A stretch of DNA of 64,000 nt from the NCBI GenBank assembly GCA_040954595.2, contig CM082594.2:1754247-1818246 (forward strand). Direction: 5' to 3'. Under the pieces are notes generated by a model, which searched no databases, was not told the DNA's origin, and worked only from the letters and a program-made list of their open reading frames with translations. Both the position numbers and the translations under genes were made by a program. This stretch comes from Balanoglossus misakiensis (Eukaryota > Animalia > Hemichordata). Of the stretch, positions 60,719 to 64,000 are shown piece by piece. Each line of letters starts with the position of its first letter. The stretch's first letter is position 1.

Positions 60719-62967
60719 AATCAACACGACCATCGTGTCGATAAGTAAGAAAAACTACGTATCGACACGACCATCGTGTCGATAATCCGTTTGTTTTTCT
60801 TATCGACACGACCATCGTGTCGATAACTGGAATTTTTGCTTACCCACACGATGATAAGCAAAAAATGCTGATAATCAACACGACCACCGTGCAGTCAGAT
60901 CGCACGGTACTCATTAACATATGTAAATGAGGGAAAGTACTTCAAACCATGTAGCCGTTAGAGTGGGCCCCGCTGACGGGTCTCGAAATAGGCCATTTTT
61001 TACTCGATATTATAGAGCTGTTTTCAGGCGATGTGGATTATTTTAAGACAAAACCGTGGATTCACTCGAAGGTACATTTTGTAGGTATACTGGATTGTTA
61101 CTGAATGATTTTTTGGCAACTTCTGTCGAGTAGTTTCTTTGTAATCGCGAAATTTCTGACGACTGTGAAAAAACACATAGCGTTGACATCCTCTCGATTA
61201 TTTTTAAGCTGACCGTTAAACATGGATTTTACCACGAAATTTCAAACTTTTATCAAAATATAGATATCAACCCCCTCTCTTTGAGTTTTCATTCACTTCC
61301 AAGCTTTCATAGTGACGATATGAACAGTTCAATTTTGTTTACTTTTCAACCCGTGAGCGCCACTTCTTCTGCAAAATGGCGGGAGAAGACAGCATGCATG
61401 TGTATGTATATACGCTGGCGCAGGCTTGATCCTGGGATTGAACCGGCTGCGACGTTTTCCTTCCTCTCTCGTGCGAAGAAATTGTGATTGCTGATATGTA
61501 ATCCCGAGTTTTACTAAACCCTAACAATTATTTTATGAAGGTTTGCCCGTCAAGGAAACTCACTTTTTTTATTGTTCTTTCAGATTGATGAAGACTGATT
61601 TTTGTGGTGGTGGTGTTGCAGTTGACTGTTTTATTTTAGCTGTCTGAGTTGACAATTTATTCTGTATTTTGTTGTATTTTTAACTCTTCATTCTGTATTT
61701 TGTAGTAGTATTTTGAACACTGTTTAATAAATAAATTACTATTATTATTATTTATCGACCCAATGCAATGATGACAAATCGCTCGCTTTCAGACACAAAT
61801 GTTGTATTTATTGCATATATCATCAGCGAATAAATGGAAGTGGTTTCGAAGTTACACTTGGCATATTCGAAAAGTCTACTTATATCCCACGATAAGGAGA
61901 GAACAAATAAAAACACGCCAGCTGAGCTCCTCATACGTAGTCACGTACGGTAAACCTGGCATTCTGTGCATGGGTAATCAAATACATTTTGTATTTGTTT
62001 GTAGCCCAATGTAGGCGTACGGCGTGTGGAGCACCCGGGCGCGGCACTCGTGCGATTGATCGATGTTGTGTCGAAATCAAGCCAGTAATTAAGATAAAAC
62101 TTGGCTAATATGTTACCTTAGAGTGTTATACACTATCCAGTAACTTTTACTTGACAAGTGTCTTTTAGAAACCATTTTCCCCACGATAAACGCGTCGTTT
62201 CACGAGCAACGCAACACTTCCGTATTTACAAGCCGAACATTGAGAGGTCAACGTAGGGCCTATACTTCCGGGTCATATCGTCGAAGTACATCGATTATTT
62301 TTAAGCTGAACGTTACACAGGCATTTCGAATTAATTTCTTTTCACGGATGTTGGGACCGATATTAGACCTATCTGTCACGAAAACTTGGTTAACTTCCGA
62401 GGTCGACTTCAAATGATTTTTGGCACGTTTGTGGACGTCTCTTCCGAGGTCACCAACATACCACCGAAAACACGTTAAAAACTACTACTATTACCGACAG
62501 ATTCTCATAATATTCACGTCTGCAGTGTAAAATGGGAATCACTTTTGTAATTTATCGAGCTAGCATGGTATTTTATTGTATCAAGGAGTGTAAAAATCAA
62601 GTTGAAAATCACCTTGAAAACTGGCCTATTGCCGTCTGTTTGAAAGTTAATGGTCGGTGGCTTGACGAACTTTAATATGCAAATGAGCACCATGCGATCT
62701 GACTGCGTGTCGATAAGTAAGAAAAACTACGTATCCACACGACCATCGTGTCGATAACGTGTTTTTTTTGCTTATCGACACGATAGTGATCGTGCAAATA
62801 AGCTGAAAATGCTTCTTATTGACACGATCACCGTGTCGATAAGCAAAAAAACACACGTTATCGACACGACCATCGAGTCGATAGGTAAGGAAAACTACAT
62901 TATCGACACGATCATCGTGTCGATAAAGCATTTTTTTTCCCTTATCCACACGACGATCGTGTCGATA
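60719..62967. repeat. Palindromic minisatellite (TATCGACACGACCATCGTGTCGATA, ~42-bp period) interrupted by a MITE
   Basis: About 11 copies at 60719-60891 and 62706-62967. Confidence 0.88.
60892..62705. mobile_element. 1814-bp non-autonomous DNA transposon, 4-bp TSD (superfamily uncertain, Academ-like ends)
   Basis: ~31-bp imperfect TIRs CAGTCAGATCGCA(C/T)GGT(A/G)CTCATT; CGTG duplicated at 60888-60891 and 62706-62709; empty-site copy at 60723-60750. Confidence 0.85.
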
Positions 62968-63154
62968 GGCGCAAACCAGACAAATGGCATTCAGACGTAC
63001 CAATAACAATTTTAATGAACATTAAAATATTTTAGAAGAACATTAAAACAGCAAAGGTGAAAAAACGCAATTCAGTCTCTCAAAATTAATAACAAAGTGT
63101 TCGATCGCGGCCCCCATCACCGGCGGTGCCCCATACCCGGAAGTCTCGCTAAGA

Positions 63155-64000
63155 CTACTCGCTATCCGAATCAAACATCACAAACGGACGCGGACGTTTC
63201 CTTGCGGCTCCAGCTCCAGCCGTCGATGGCATGCACATATGTATAGTGCAGTTGTTAAAAACTATGGCTGGAGCTGCTTGTTGTTTGAATGGACCGGGTT
63301 TTGTGTCTTCAGGAGTGCTACTGCTGGGCTTGCTTAGAATTGCTGAAATGCGCCGGTGATCCTCAATCGAAACGGTGTCGTAGTGTTGTAGACTGGAGAC
63401 GTTTTTGTGTCCGGTTATTTTTATTATCTGCTGTGGTGGGATTCCTGCCTTCGTCTGTGTTTGAACGGTTGTCTTCCGTACAGAGTGATTTGTTTTTCGC
63501 CCACCAAACGGCACGACGATCTCCATATGTTCCATCGCGTGTTTTGGTATCGCGTTCCCGGAACTCTAAAAAATCGAGGCCAGAGCTATCCCTTTGGATA
63601 GTGATGTCTCCGAAGCACAGTTTTCTGTGCTCGTCCCGACCGCGTAGACCGAAGTGCTTCGTGAATAAATACCACAGAGTGAAATTCAAGGTGTCACCGT
63701 CAGCGCTGCCAAGTTTGCCTTCTTTCCACATTGCCTCCTCTTCTTCTGGAGATATAGCTTCACTAGCATGACTGCCAGAGCCCATGCCAGACTTCTTTAG
63801 CTGCATCCGTTTAGCTTTAATTGCGTCATTTGTCAACGCGAAGCTCTTGTCATTCAACAACACCCCATAGTTGTTTTGCCCATAGTTGTTTTGCGCTATA
63901 CTTTACATCTGAAACAGAGCCTGGTTCGTAGTCAGTGCCGTCAGCTTTTTTGAGATTGACGAAGAATGTTGCTAGATATTCGTTCAACGTCTTGGGTGGT
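63155..64000 (-). pseudogene. Crypton-type tyrosine recombinase (DUF3504/KCTD1-ZMYM-like), with deletion and frameshifts; runs off the right edge
   Basis: LNEYLATFFVNLKKADGTDYEPGS, FGLRGRDEH, TKTRDG, TNHSVRKT, TGHKN, SLQHY give the R-K-HxxR-H-Y set; frame breaks near 63880 and 63505. Confidence 0.9.

Noticed and set aside
60719-62967. CRISPR-like palindromic repeats with spacers
   Set aside because: Eukaryotic context, linkers only ~16-17 bp and related to each other, repeats degenerate, no cas genes

Overview
Eukaryotic (marine invertebrate-like metazoan) DNA with two halves. 1-44348 is a heterogeneous 5S rDNA tandem array of 37 units (32 full-length genes, 5 with the 5' half deleted; units ~1.06 kb or ~1.31 kb). 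It is split into three blocks of alternating orientation by two fold-back inversion junctions (~8.94-9.28 kb and ~28.65 kb) and carries one Kolobok-like MITE. 44349-64000 is a nest of mobile elements. The centrepiece is an IS3EU-like DNA transposon (~45625-60591, 400-bp inverted repeats) with two convergent genes: a decayed IS3/IS481-type DDE transposase (-) and a spliced cargo gene (+) encoding a TDP-43 N-terminal domain, a probable ubiquitin-like domain and a G2E3-type HECT E3 ligase. The cargo gene is split by a full-length, intact L1/Tx1 retrotransposon, and the transposase is split by a 1.5-kb MITE with a 9-bp TSD. The whole element appears to sit among Crypton (tyrosine recombinase) sequences: a GC-rich hairpin, a palindromic minisatellite and a YR pseudogene. 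The most novel-looking signal is the transposon-borne TDP-43-NTD/HECT fusion. All family assignments come from motif recognition by eye, with no database searches.
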